From positions 884,979-948,978 of the forward strand of contig NW_018408845.1 in NCBI RefSeq assembly GCF_002113885.1: DNA of 64,000 bases, written 5' to 3'. The stretch comes from Mizuhopecten yessoensis. Lineage: Eukaryota. The position numbers and the translations under genes are program-made. The notes under the pieces were generated by a model. The model did no database searches, was not told the DNA's origin, and worked only from the letters and a program-made list of their open reading frames with translations. This document shows positions 1 through 14,289 of this stretch, piece by piece. How positions within the stretch are numbered: position 1 is the stretch's first letter; each line of letters starts with the position of its first letter.

Positions 1-960
1 TAAATCACGTTCTCTCTCCTCCAGCGCTGCCATGTGTCTGCGAATGATAGTTCTCACTTCCGTCGTTACTGCCTGAGTTCTAACTTCCACACGCTCAGCC
101 ATTCCCTGAGTGAGCTCAATACTTTCCTCAAGAGCTTTGATCCCTGCTTTGGCATCTGCGAGAAGTTTCAATGTTATAGTTTTGGAATTATCAATTGCAT
201 CTTGAAGATATATGAAATTATGTCCAACATGCTCATTCATGGTACAATCACCACATATTGCCCTTGAACAGGTATCACAGTATAAACGTAATAGTCCGTG
301 CTCGTGCCGTGTACAGTAACTGTCTTGACATTCAGGGAGAGCTACCGCTTGTTGCTGATGTTGTTTTTGTTGTTGTTGATATTCCTGTTGCTGTTGTTGT
401 TGCATTGATGGTGAGCTCAGTCGAGGTTGACATGTTGTTCCTAGATGTAAAATGCTGCTTGATTGTAGATTTAACATAGAAAATCGTTCAATGAAGTGAT
501 CTTTAGTGAGCCTAACTCTTTGATGTGCCCGTACACAGTTATCACATAGGTACTCACTGCAGTTCTTACATACACACGTAGCTTTGCTTCCCTCGTCACA
601 CGAGTTACACCACTTCGCACCTGTTATGGGTCGTTGTCGTTCCAAATCTACAGATGAGTCTTCTATATCATGTTGTGTTGATACCATAACATCAAAAATG
701 TTCGACACGAATAAGTTGGAAGGCAAGCTTTCGATCCCCCCAGAGTTCAGGGGGACGGCTTGGTGACAAGTTGGACATTCTAGGGGTCCCGAAAACTCCT
801 GTCCTGGCTGAGACGGGGAGGGACCCTGGTCCCGTGTAACCTGTTCAAGGCATCGCTTGCAGAAGGAATGGAGACATGGCAAAATTCGAGGATCGTCAAA
901 TCGGTTGTGGCAGAGAGGGCAACCCAACTGCTCCCCAATCGAGTCGGCATATGCGGCCAT
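1..960 (-). CDS. TRIM71: TRIM71/lin-41-like E3 ubiquitin ligase, N-terminal part (RING, B-box1, polyQ, B-box2, coiled coil); continues beyond the window start
   Basis: Open frame from ATG at 960 (MAAYADSIGEQLGCPLCHNRFDDPRILPCLHSFCKRC...ECPTC, RING) through WCNSCDEGSKATCVCKNCSEYLCDNCVRAHQRVRLTKDHFIER (B-box1) and YCTRHEHGLLRLYCDTCSRAICGDCTMNEHVGHNFIYLQDA (B-box2) to ...RHMAALEERERDL at position 1, with no stop in 320 codons. LCDNCVRAHQRVRLTKDH matches vertebrate TRIM71 as recalled. Absent from the ORF track because it has no stop inside the window. Confidence 0.92.
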   Translation of the reverse strand, partial: MAAYADSIGEQLGCPLCHNRFDDPRILPCLHSFCKRCLEQVTRDQGPSPSQPGQEFSGPLECPTCHQAVPLNSGGIESLPSNLFVSNIFDVMVSTQHDIEDSSVDLERQRPITGAKWCNSCDEGSKATCVCKNCSEYLCDNCVRAHQRVRLTKDHFIERFSMLNLQSSSILHLGTTCQPRLSSPSMQQQQQQEYQQQQKQHQQQAVALPECQDSYCTRHEHGLLRLYCDTCSRAICGDCTMNEHVGHNFIYLQDAIDNSKTITLKLLADAKAGIKALEESIELTQGMAERVEVRTQAVTTEVRTIIRRHMAALEERERDL

Positions 961-1284
961 CGGCGAGGTAGAGCATGAGGTAGATTGGTTAAATCGAACA
1001 TAAAAAGTTGATCCTTACATTGCGTGTCTCTAGCGTACGTAACCGAGAGTATCAGCGCACCATTCGAAAGGGATCGAGGTTGGTAACCTGCCAACCACGG
1101 AGCTCTCCGGCTAAGAGTAGGTCATAGTCAACTTCTGTTGTCTCTACACAGTTTTGGGAGGTCAGTGTGAATGAAAGTCATATAAAATGTTGTAAACTTA
1201 CGTATCAATCACGACTTGGGTGTGTAATTCGAAGCACAGACGCACCTCGTCTCAAAACGAGCAATGTTGTCCTCGTTTCCTCTG

Positions 1285-1420
1285 TACGGCGCCATCTTCC
1301 AATATCATAAGTAGGCGTTCCTAACCTACTTTGCCACGCTGTCATTCATTTCCATTGGCCAATCAAAACACACGACACACCTGTTATCATTTTCATTCAT
1401 GTGGTCACTTCCGAAATTAC
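1285..1420 (-). promoter_or_regulatory. Putative TRIM71 core promoter/TSS region
   Basis: YY1-like AAGATGGCG (minus strand, ~1290-1298), overlapping CCAAT boxes (ATTGGCCAAT ~1354-1363), ETS-like CACTTCCG (~1406). A minus-strand GTAAGT donor at 1201 suggests a non-coding first exon. Confidence 0.45.
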
Positions 1421-4400
1421 ATAATGACCCGCACAGTTAGTGCTACTCACAAAAGTATACTCCTTGGTCAGATCTATGGTGCTTTTTTAATCTGCTTTTC
1501 TTTTAAATGCAACCCATAGACCATACTATTAATATTCGAAGTTTGTGAAATCCATGCAACGTAAGGCAAAATTTTCCGTACATCACAAATTAGGGGCGGG
1601 GGTCTGTCGGGCATGTGTTATGTAATAGGAATGCTGTCCATTACTGGACCCGTGTCCATGGTTCGGGGCTGACCAAGTTCTGCGTGAGTAGTTTCGATAG
1701 CTGGACATAGCTTGGGGCACTCCACTGTCCACTCTTTGTCTATGCACAGCGTGTGAACACTCGTAAAACCAATGGTTTCGAGTCCTAAACGAGGTCATGA
1801 CAAGAATAACGGCCTTAGTCCTAAATATGACACTTAATCAGATCGTCATTGCAGATCATATCCATACGATAATAGAGAACGTATTGTCTTCATTTAAGTA
1901 CTGATGCACCGATCGGAGAATGATATCTGACGGGAAGATATTTAATTAAATGTACTAATTATGCCGAAATGCGTTAAAAAATTAAACCCCCGGTCCTGGT
2001 ACTGAAGTTCCCATTTTTGATTTTGAAATTTATTTTGGTCAGTTTTAATTTAATGCACATGTAAACCCAATTACAAACAAAAACTAATTGCAATGTATAT
2101 CAAAATATCTATGCCGGCATATATGATTAATTAAGTCGTCTGTCGGATAACAAAATCGTCCCATGTTCGGATTGCTGAATTAAATCGTGCTAATCTTAAA
2201 ACGTTGTTATTGACTTTAAATCTCTGCTGAAAAAAGCTGAAACTGAAATTGAAAGTTTTCACGATACATGTAATTTGATTTTCTTTTAAGAAATCGGGGC
2301 TTAATTACAACACGGGAGCTTTTACATTACTATAAAGGATATATACTGTACTGTCCAAGAATATTTCCAAACAGAATGCAACTTAAAGAAGTAGTATCAC
2401 ATGTAAGCAGTTATCGCTGTTTGAATCATAAAGGCAATTAAATGTGTCTCTGTTGAAAATTAATTACAGGTTAAAAAAAATGTACGGCAAGACATGTTAT
2501 ATATTCTCGTCTCCACGAACGATAAATTCAATCTTGGGCACTCTGGCTTCGTGTTTTAATGTCGATGTATTAATGCACTGTAAAACATGTACTTCGTGAC
2601 ATGACAAAAGAAAGCACCCCATTCAAAATGTATATCTACGACTAGTTCATTCCCCTGGGGAGTGATCCGGTTTGGAAATAGAAAAAACTTTACCATTTTT
2701 TTGTCCATTACGTTTTTCTAGTAACGAAAGAAATGCTGTTTTTGTTTTATCTACATAAATAGAAATGGTATGATGATGTCACAATGTGAGGAGGCTATAT
2801 GTATTATATGGTTGGTAAATATACACAATATACTTGTACAATATTAATTAAAACATGTGTATACAAATACACGCATACCTCACAGTTGAAACAATAACAC
2901 AGGCAATTAATTACACGTGATCACGTTAGTTTTAGAAAGGTCGTTAGGTCAATTACACATGGCTAATTAAAAAAAAAATAACTTCTGAATTATGTCAGAA
3001 GTTTTTACTTGTGGTGTAGAAGATACACAGTAAGTCATATTGGATAACATCACGGCTGTCAATCAGTCATTTCAATTCGAATGCTATCTTATTTAGTTTG
3101 TTTTTACGTACGTGGCCAATCGTTACAAAGTACTATATGATAGGGTAAATACAATGAATCAACTACTTGAATCGCCTTCTATTACATTAAAAAATATTCT
3201 GGGTTCATATGATTTTTAAATAAATCAGTTTTATTTTAAAGTGCATGACGGCACCAGTAACGATCTAACAGGGTTGTCTAAGATTGTGTAACGGATCTAT
3301 ATAATTTAATACCGATAGGAATAAATCAAATATCGTTAAACCACGGACTTAGATTCTAATTCCGTGGTTAAACCAATTACTGTTTTTGAGTGGACATTAC
3401 TATTGTGTAATACTGTTTCAAATTTTAAGATGTGTAATCAGCTGAAGTTGATTGAATTCGATTATCAACATAATTTACTGTTAATACATCTATTTTGATG
3501 ACTCGGCAATTACGTAGTTTGCTTTTTTTAATCACGTAGATTGTTACAAAAAAGTCTCTGATCTTATCTGATCTGATAATAGTTTATTATTATTATCTTT
3601 CGACTGACATTTCTACAGACATACTTGTTATCGGTGTGAACACTTTGAATGAAAGGAAGAAAATGATAGTGAAGTTCTAATTACTGTCAGATGGAGAATG
3701 TAGATGGACCTTGATGGCTGGAATAATTTCAAAAGCTTGGATTGGGACTTTTAGATATATGTGGACGAAATACAGCACATAAGTCTAATGTAAGTAGTAA
3801 CGTTCGTTATCATATGGATAAGCACACGTTACCGTAAATAAGGTTACGTCATACGAATGACGTCATCATGTTAATATTACGTATAATGCATGTACATGTA
3901 ATATACATGTAAATGTATGCATCTAATCACCGCACCAGGGATGCAGATGGTATAACCTTATATATAGAGACATACACAGGGACATAATGCTTACATTACA
4001 AATGTAGTGAGCATTTTATCCAGCTGCCGAGAATGTGGTCTAATGGAGGTCCCCTGGTACCAATTCCTGTGTAAGTGACCTACTTTTGTGTACCGTTACG
4101 TGTACTCAAGGACATGCTTGTATATAACCCCTTGTCGAGACAATGGTTGGCTCAGCGGCTCAATCGATACAGTAAGACCACACATTCGTACCATAGATAC
4201 AGCGTTATCAGGCCAGGGGTCTCGCATCTCTAAATTCTCCACCTCAGCTGACTACCGTCACATCGTTTAACACATTAGAAGGGTTACGCGAGGTTGTCAC
4301 GAGCGGTACCGTCAGATAGCCGACGTTCCATTTGCTGACATCACGTCGTATATGTACTGGTATCAATGATGACAGGGAGAACCAGAAGGAAGACACCGGA

Positions 4401-4624
4401 ACTAGTTGTAATGATAACGTCAACTCTGAAAACAACCCATGAAATTGTGACAATGACAATAATTTACAACTCAATATGTCATTCACTAATAATTTTCGAG
4501 TTAAAAAAAAGGGGTGAAAAAAACTGGCAAATATCTTAATTGTCACGAGGAAATTTAGTCAAATGTCAGTCGTATACAGGTTGATAAATTATTAAAGCAA
4601 TTTGATTTACAATGAAGTATAACC

Positions 4625-7600
4625 CAATGTTGACAATGAAAACAAACATAATATTATGTTGACAATGAAAACAAACCCATTATTATGTTGACAATGAAAA
4701 CAAACCCATTATTATGTTCACAATGAAAACAAACCCTTTATTATGTTGACAATGAAAACAAACCCAACATTATGTTGACAATGAAAACAAACCCATTATT
4801 ATGTTGACAATGAAAACAAATTCTTTATTATGTTGACAGTGAAAACAAATGTAATCTTATGCTACCAATGAAAACAAACCCTTTATTATGTTGACAATGA
4901 AAATAAACCAAATATTATGTTGACTATGAAAACAAACCCATTATTATGTTGACAATGAAAACAAATTCTTTATTATGTTGACAGTGAAAACAAATGTAAT
5001 CTTATGCTACCAATGAAAACAAACCCTTTATTATGTTGACAATGAAAACAAACTTAATATTATGTTGACAATGAAAACAAACCTAATATCATGTTGACAA
5101 TGAAAACAAACCTAATATTATGTTGACAATGAAAACAAACCCATTTTTATGTTGACAATGAAAAAAAAAAACAATTTTATGTTGACAATGAAAACAAACC
5201 TTATATAATGTTGACAATGAAAACAAACCTTATATTATGTTGACAATGAAAATAAACCCAATATTATGTTGACAATGAAAAAAACCCTATTATTATGTTG
5301 ACTATGAAAACAAACACAATATTATGTTGACAATGAAAACAAACTCAATTTTATGTTGACAATGAAAACAAATCTAATATTATGTTGACTATGAAAACAA
5401 ACCCAACATTATGTTGACAATGAAAACAAACCCACTTTTATGTTGACAATAAAAACAAACCAAATTTTATGCTGACAATGAAAACAAACCCATTATTATG
5501 TTTACAATGAAAACAAACTCAATTTTATGTTGACAATAAAAACAAACGTAATATTATGTTGACAATGAAAACAAACCCATTATTATGTCGACAATGAAAA
5601 CAAACCTTATATTATGTTGACAATGAAAAACAAACCCATGATTATGTTGACAATGAAAACAAACCTTATATTATGTTGACAATGAAAATAAACCCAATAT
5701 TATGTTGACAATGAAAAGAAACCTTTTATTATGTTGACTATGAAAACAAACACAATATTATGTTGACTATGAAAACAAACCCAACATTATGTTGACAATG
5801 AAAACAAACCCAACATTATGTTGACAATGAAAACAAACCCAATGTTATGATGACAATGAAAACAAATCTAATATTATGTTGACTATGAAAACAAACCAAA
5901 TGTTATGTTGACTATGAAAACAAACCCAATATGACGTTGGCAATGAAAACAAACCCAATATTATGTTGGCTATGAAAACAAACCCAATATTATATTGATG
6001 ATGAAAACAAACCCATTATTAAATTGACTATGAAAACAAGCCCAATATTATGTTGGCAATGAAAACAAACCCAACCAATATTATGTTGGCAATGAAAACA
6101 AACCCAACCAATATTATGTTGACAATGAAATCAAACCCAATATCATGTTGGTAATGAAATCAAACCTAACAATACTTGGTCAATGAAACGTTAAACACAA
6201 TGAAAAAGTGTTCACAACGAAAAAGTCTAACCCTATGATATATTGTCAATTAAACTAAACCCAATGATATTCTGACAATGAAATTAAACCAAATGATATG
6301 TTCACAAGTATGTCAAACCCAATAGTATGTTGGCAATAAACACTAACTCTATGATAATTATGTTGACAATAAAATTGAAAAGAAATTGAAATGATATGTT
6401 GACAGTTATATAAAACCTAACGAAATGTTGACAATATAACTAAACCCAGTGATACGTCAAACCCATTAATTTGTTGACAGTGAAATCTAACCCAATAATA
6501 CGTGGTCAATGAAATGTGAAACCCTATGAAATGAAGTGTTGACAACGAAATGTTCCAATCCTATGATATATCGACAAAGAAATCAAACCCAATGCTATGT
6601 TGACAATAAAATAAATCCTTATGATATGCTTACAATGAAATTAAACCCAATGATATGTAGGCAATTATATAAAACGTAATGATATGTTGACAATGGAATT
6701 AAACCCAGTTATTTATTGACAATAACCTCAAGCCCAATGATGTGTTGACAATGAAATCGAACCCAATGGTAAGTTGACAATTAAAAGAATCCTAATGATA
6801 TTTTGACAATGGTATCAAACCACATGAGAAGTTGCCATATACACCAAGTCTAATGATACGTTTACAATAACCTCAACCCGATGATGTGTTGACAATGAAA
6901 ACAACCCCGATCATATGCAGACAAATATGTCAAGCCTAATGATACGTTGACAATGGAATTAAACCCAGTTATTTATTGACAATAACCTCAAGCCCAATGA
7001 TGTGTTGACAATGAAATCAAACTAATGATAGGTTGAGTATGAAATAGAAAAGCATTAATATGTTGACAATTGAAACAAAGTCCATGTCATGTTTACAATA
7101 AAATTTAACTTGTGATATACTGACTGTACAATCCAATGAGAAGCTGGCAGGGAGATAGAAAAAATGGCATGTTGTCCATGAAATAGAAATTTTAATATTA
7201 TGTTGACACTTATATGAAACCCAAATGATAGATCTACAATGAAATAAAAAATCTGATGATATTGTGACAACGAAAATGAAATATATAACCCACAATTATG
7301 ACGACACAGAATACGAAATGCTGTGTTGACAATGAAATAAGACCCAATAAGTTGAGTATAAAATACAAAAGTACAACAACATGTAAGCAATGGAATATGA
7401 AACGCAATGATACCCCCAACGTGTTGACAGTGTTGTATAGAACACAGTTATATGTTTTCAAGGAAATAATAAACCCACAGATAGCTTGATAATGGAATGC
7501 TTATGTTAACGAAAAACTCAAATCCAACGATGCAACGACAATAAAAACACTCATGAACAAATAAATAATAAAATCAAACCAGCGATATTTTGACAAAGAG

Positions 7601-7950
7601 CTCAATAATAAAATAACAAAAAAAACCTCATGATATAGTGACATTTAAACAATGTGTTGACAATAAAATAAGAAACAATAATATGCTGATATTGAAGTAA
7701 ATACAATGCGTTGAAAATAGAATCAATCAAATATGTGTTTACAATGTATCAAACACCCTTATGTGTTGATGACTGAGGAAAGAGAAAAAAAGTATATTTT
7801 GACACTATTACCAGATTTTATACAATGACCATTAAATCCATCCCAATGATACTTTCACACCGTAAATAACCCTACATGTGGAAAATGAATAGAAATCCCA
7901 TTGTATTGACAAAATTAAGTCCATGGCATACTGACAATAACACCACACAA
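4625..7950. repeat. 29-bp tandem satellite (TGTTGACAATGAAAACAAACCCATTATTA)
   Basis: Period of 29 (e.g. 4657 to 4686). Regular to ~6130, then increasingly degenerate to ~7950. Confidence 0.95.
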
Positions 7951-9734
7951 TCCGAAAGTTCGTTACCGGAATATCTCAATTAATAAGCTATTTTGGTATT
8001 GAATGTTACTTTGATACCATAAAAAACATGTCATCTTCAAAAGGAATAATAGTCTATTTTTAGACGTGGACGTACCACACATGATATATCCCCTGCAGTT
8101 ATATGACAAAACCCTAACCCTTTACTAATTTGACAATGGTATTATATGCAGTTTGCTATGGAGTAATACTGTGTGCCATTTTTAGACAGAAATCATACAG
8201 GAAACATTATATAAACATTCGAAACACTGACTGTACAATGCTGACACATCTTCGAAAGCTGAAGATTTCGCTCTCGATACATATCTTCCGTGTATCTAGA
8301 GCGAGTCTCTTTGATTTTGAAGATGTGTTGAAACTGAAATAATATTTTTACACTATTTTGTTACATAAGTAGAACATCTACTCTGCCTTTTTATCAACAC
8401 ATCGAAAATTATTGATTGTCAGTACTGTCTTCCCTTTTGAAAATACATGTAGTTGAGACAATGCACTACATGTTTTAAGGTCTAGTCTATGTTTGTGATA
8501 CATCTATTTATAAAGTTACCACGAATCCACTGCTAATAGTGTAGATAATTATGTAAACGTATATGAAATTGAGAATGTGTATATCTATATACTATTGTTT
8601 TTTGTTTATTTATGTATTATGGGAAAACATTAGAAGCATTAAAAAATGTAAATCAAATTCAGCACGAATCAATATCAGTATACGATAAATAAAAACAGCC
8701 GTTCGGAAATGAAATAGACTCACAGTTTTACAACAAAATATTCATATTTTTATTGCAATAAATTGACCGATTAAAATGGTAGTTTTTTGCTGGAAATCTA
8801 ATTAAGATAATTGATAATTAAGGCACTGACATAACAGTATTAGTAAAAAATAATCTTAAATAAACGTTTTGACAAGAAATAAAATCAATACTTCAGTTGT
8901 AGATGACAAAAAATACAGGATATATATATAGAGCATGGAATGAATTCACGATCCAAAATAAAGATTGCACTATGCGGAAATCGGCTTCATTCCCTCTATT
9001 GCTTGTTTTGTCATAATTGGGACTTTTGAATTATCTAAAGAAACAATCGTCATACGTTAGAACACTGATTTGTGATTTATAACATAATTATCGGTCACTA
9101 ATTAGTTACACAAAACCTAATAATTATTTTATAAATAGTTGACAGTTTCCGCATTTTTCCTGACTTGTGGAAATATTACCTTCTTTCTATAAAAAGAATA
9201 CCTGCACTTAATTCTCGTTTGTCTAAAAAAAACGTCATTTAAGCTTCCCGTCTCAGTATGCATTTAAAATAAAATGTGAAACGTTGAATCTCAAATGCAA
9301 TGAAACGCTTAAGACAGAATTATAATTTCAATTTTCAAATGATAATTTGATATAGATCAATTAAGATGTGGTTCATGTATATGTTATCTCTAACTTATAT
9401 TTTGTCTTAATTTCGATGTCAGACTCGGAGATTTTAAAATTTGCAAAGTTATTTCATGTTATCAAAATGATTTATGTAGCATTTACGAAGTAAAAAGTAA
9501 CTAGCAACTGTTAAAACTTACAATAGTAAACTAAATGTATCTATAAACAGTCTGAGATATCGATTATTTTTAAGTGAAACCAAGGACATATTCCTTTTTT
9601 CTTTAAATATGGGTTTTATGAGGTCTTTTGCTCTGGTTTCTCCTCAGTTTTTGTTGTTTTCTTTCTCTTTTTGTTTTGTTTTGGTGTCCCCTGCGTTCCT
9701 TTGCTTGCTTTGCTTGTTTTATTGACTCCACATG

Positions 9735-10265
9735 TCCTGTTGTTGTCTTACTTTTTTGTCCTGGTATCTCCTCAGTTCCTGTTGTTGTCTTACTTTTTTG
9801 TTCTGGTATCTCCTCAGTTCCTGTTGTAGTCTTACCTTTTTGTTCTGGTACCTCCTCAGTTCCTGTTGTTGTTTGTCTTTTTGTTTTGGTGTCTCCTCGG
9901 TTCCTGTTGTTGTCTTACCTTTTTGTTCTGGTACCTCCTCAGTTCCTGTTGTTGTCTTACCTTTTTGTTTTGGTGTCTCCTCAGTTCCTATTGTTCCATT
10001 TCCTTTGTCTAAGTGCCTCCGCAGTCTATCTCTCACTTCCTGTTGTTGTTTGTCCTTTTGTTTTGGTGTCTCCTCGGTTCATGTTGTTGCCTTTCCTGTT
10101 GTTTTTGTGTGTCTCCAGCTCCTCTTGTCTTGGTGTCTCTTCGGTTTTCGTGTTTCTGTCCATTTATTTTGGTGTTTCCTCAGCTCGTGTGTTGTTCTGT
10201 TTTGATGTCTCCTCAATTCATGTTGTTGTGTTTTCTTTTGTTTTGGTGTCTCAACGGTTTTTGTT
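9735..10265. repeat. ~42-bp T-rich minisatellite
   Basis: CCTCAGTTCCTGTTGTTGTCTTACCTTTTTGTTCTGGTATCT-like units; explains the overlapping low-complexity ORFs at 9628-10384. Confidence 0.85.
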
Positions 10266-13200
10266 TTGATTGGTGCATCGATTTTGAGTTCTGATTTTGT
10301 CCTTGTGTGTTGAAAATATATATATACATGCATGCTTATTTTCGCTGGTTTTCTTTTGCAAAACATGTTGACTAGGGGAGGCAATCGATATATAACACTG
10401 TGAAACGGAAGATCTGTGATGTAATATTATAGAGACGGTTTACTTATTTGTAACGTTTCTCCATCGGTAATGCGTCCCTATATGTGATCGAGGAACTGAA
10501 GAAAAACGTATAACTAAAGTGCCTATGAAATGGACGGTAAAAATCCTCCCGTTTCTGAAATAACCAAGTTTAAAACATAATATTACTTTGACAATTTACA
10601 AGTATATAGATTACTGTGGTTTAAATGTAAGAATATTGATCATTGCTATGAATCATGGTTTGATTTTAACATATTTTATTAATCGAACAACAGACATATC
10701 ATCTATCTCTAAGACAGGAATGTTTAAAAAAAACTAATTAGTGTATATAATAAGTATTTATCTAGCGCATAATGTTTAGCAATTCTCATAAGAATATGCA
10801 TACTTTTAAAATAATTAAACATTAAAATAGAATTTTCAACTCCTTAGAGCAGTGATCTGATTGTATTGGCAAGGTGTTATCATCAGAAACAAAGAATACT
10901 GTATCATTTTTGTCACTTCAAATGATTATAATAATGATTAATTCGTTTAGTCTTTCAATTAATTCCTTTTATCGTTATAAAATACATATTTAATGTGTAT
11001 AGTGTATATTCCCATGAAATGTTATCAAATATTTTACATACCTTGTATGAGTGTTAATATTCTAATGATACATTTCCTAGTAAAACTGTTATTTTTCCTT
11101 TTGTGAACCCTTTCAGGGATGGGGCTCTGGATTAAATTTCCTGTATAACGATATCCCCAGGAGGGATATCTTTCATACTTACTTTTTACAATCATTCGAT
11201 CCTTCATCTTTCCTTCAATTACTTTCTTAAATCTTTTTATATCATTCTTTCGTTAATCATTCACACGAATGTATGGACATGAGTATATATCATTAGATAT
11301 AAAACTACTAAAGAAAAAGACATGTACACATACTTCTGTTTCGCTTTTTTATGTAATTGTCTCTAATTTCCACATTTAATTTGATAAAAATCATTTCTTA
11401 TTACAACATTACGTAGCGTTCCGAATCTACTAATCTATAGACACGAAACATTTAATACACAAGTTACTTTTGATATATATAACTTAAATTAAAATAGTAA
11501 TTGCCCCAAACTTCACATGCACTACTGCACCTATTCCACCGAACGGGTATCATCAATGCTCAGTCTTAAACGTAACCACACAATTCAATGTATCGTTCAT
11601 TTCTTATTACATAACTAACTAAAAGATCACAAAAAGTAACACGAGAATACCAAAGGGTCAATGTAACCATAATTAGAGCTCAAAATCGATAGAACAGGAA
11701 CAAAATAGGAACAAAGAAAAACGTAACATGGAGAGCCTTGAAAAAGTACAAGGAGAATAAGACCATACGTTCCAGAAGGGTAAGTGTCGTCTTCTTCATC
11801 AACAACATCCGCTATGTATATCTAGGTCAAATCTGAGTAATGTCACGTCCTCGCACCGATAATTCGGGTAGTGATTATATAATCGGAGGCATATTTCCCA
11901 ATGAGATTGTGATGGCGACCATAAAACTTGTTCACTGTCTTCATCAACCTGCCTGCCCCTTTATTTTCTTTTTAATCGATTGTATGAACGTTCGGATTAT
12001 CACAGCCGATTCTTTTTCGTTCACTGCACTCGTCAATGAAATGTTCGCGAAGAAATAATTATCCTAAGTGAGTATACCACAACAGAAGACAGTTAATTTA
12101 TATAGGGAAGGGACCGATCGATTGACCCCTTCCCCTAAAAACCTGACTAAGGATACTACTACAGGAGACAATTTGTTACAGGGAAGGGACCGATCGATTC
12201 GTGCACACGTTCCTCAGCTCACGGCTGTCACCGCTTCTCCTTGCTCTGTGATATAGGTATTGTTCTCTCTCGTCGTTTGTTCTAAATGTTCGGATACCAC
12301 GGTCGTTTTGGTTTCGCTCACTACGCTCGTAATGAAGTATATTTGTAGAGAATTATCCTCCGGTATTATAAGTTAACGTGTGAAAAATACTTCACAACAC
12401 TTAAGTATATTTACACTTAGTGACACTGCATACTTTGATAGGCATTATATAAACTCCTTGGTACAAAGTTAGTAATATTTGTGTGATTAAATGACCATTC
12501 CTTATACCATGGTTTATACAGACTTTGCAGAACAAAATTAAAGCACCTTTTTAGGTCCAAGTTTCCGAAAAAGGGAGTTTTCTTTTACTGCGTATTGGTA
12601 CTGCCATATATCTAGAAAAGGAAAAATGAATGAATAAGCATACTACTTATCATTAACAAAACTGAGGCACAGCCTTATAGAGAAGAGAATACATGATAAC
12701 TGTCTCCAGTTTGTCATAGTTGCCTGGGTTTCATAGGCAAATAAACACATACTAATCATATCCTTGAGGTTCATTACAGAATAATATATATTGAATCTTC
12801 GAGGTTTTCGATTCTTTTTATTTCTTTACCTATAAAACGCAGGCAGCTGTGACATGCATATATATTCAATGCATTTTTCAAAGTCTAGTGAGGAACTTTT
12901 TGTACATTTCCAGTATACACCTTTTTCTTTTGCATTCTAAGTAATGACCCAAATTGCAGCACTTTTCGTGTCCTGTGTTAAAGGCGGTTATCTTTTGTTA
13001 AGATAGTTTGTTTTATTCGGTGACCACATTTTCATTGAGTTAATTGACAAGTATATTGATTATTTGATGAGTGACCTTACCCCGGTAGTCATTTTTAAAA
13101 TTCTGATTTTAAAAATCAACATGCTGGTACGATAAATGAAAAGAAATTGTAATTCTTGAACCCCCCCAACCCCAACCCCAACCCAACCTCACCAATAACA

Positions 13201-13519
13201 ATAAATTTGGATGGTAATATAAATCCTGATATGGTTTCACATTTGTGGAAACACTGTTTATTTAACATCTTTATAATTGTCCATGGATGCATTATCTTTA
13301 GGTTGTTTGGATCAGTATGTGGTCGTAGGAATTAGACAGATTGGTAAACATCAAGTTTGAAAAATCAGCATTTCAAACGTTTTCGTTCGTTGTTGTTGTT
13401 TTGAGCTGCTGCACTTACTGTTAATATTTATACACCACGTTTAAGCGTGTTTGACTTAAGATTGTTCTTGAATCATTTTAACAAAAGGCAACATCTCCAT
13501 CTTGACAATAATCAATTCC

Positions 13520-13697
13520 GTCTTTGCGTATTGCAGAGTTATCTTCTCTTGGGAGCAGGTGTTGATTGTTACGTCATTGGTTTGTGTGAGAAAATTACGT
13601 CGTTTTCTCAAAAATTGATGACGTTACTCTCACAAACAAGTGACGTGACAATCAATACCTGCTCCCAAGAGAAGATAACTCTGCAATACGCAAAGAC
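13520..13697. mobile_element. Palindromic MITE, family A, copy 1
   Basis: Long TIRs GTCTTTGCGTATTGCAGAGTTATCTTCTCTTGGGAGCAGGT / ACCTGCTCCCAAGAGAAGATAACTCTGCAATACGCAAAGAC; second copy at 36645-36833. Confidence 0.85.
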
Positions 13698-14289
13698 TCA
13701 ATTTCAGCCACGTAGATAAACGCAGGTCAACATTTAGTCAGTGCAACAGCTTTGGATGTTTTTGCAAATCTGCATTTACAGAAGTTGGTCTTTAAATACT
13801 TTTCCATACTCATTGTTACAAAACAATTAAATATTGCACTTCAAACTTGGCCAATTATTTCATTGTCATTATATATTGGGAATGAAACAAATCCGGTGAA
13901 AACGAAAAGTATACTAGGTCATCTAGATATCAATAGTCAAAGTGTATACCCCGACAATCAATAACCACTCTGAACATTATATTTGGTTGAAATCAGTTCG
14001 TAGTTTAATCCTAAAACATTACGACTACGCTTACCGTTTAACCTGTTTTTAACCTCGGGTGTTTTGTGGGGATTCGTGATTTGCTCTGTTTTCGTATTGG
14101 CTTTAATTCGAGTCTGCGGGTTGTCGTTGTGTTTTCACATTGTGGTATATTATATTCTAAATAATTCTCTCATGAAGTACATACACTGGGCCTATATGCC
14201 CGTATCGCTCAACTGGATTTCAAAGCAATCACATCGCAAAATATTATCTTTAAATATAATTCTGCAAATGTTTCCCAGTTTTGGCCCTA

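Noticed and set aside
780-1094. 104-aa ORF as a separate gene
   Set aside because: Out-of-frame overlap with the TRIM71 RING exon; treated only as a possible uORF from the AUG at 1001.
1600-1845. Possible old SINE remnant upstream of TRIM71
   Set aside because: The 3' end vaguely resembles the SINE tail at 59840-59870, but no clear A/B boxes or TSD could be read.
4625-6130. CRISPR-like array (also the 36-bp array at 54715-56210)
   Set aside because: No unique spacers, no cas genes, eukaryotic context; plain tandem repeats.
9628-10384. Overlapping hydrophobic or Lys/Gln-rich ORFs
   Set aside because: Products of a 42-bp T-rich minisatellite.
11560-12330. Possible retroelement/MITE debris (repeated GGGAAGGGACCGATCGATT)
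   Set aside because: No boundaries, TSD or coding remnant could be supported by eye.
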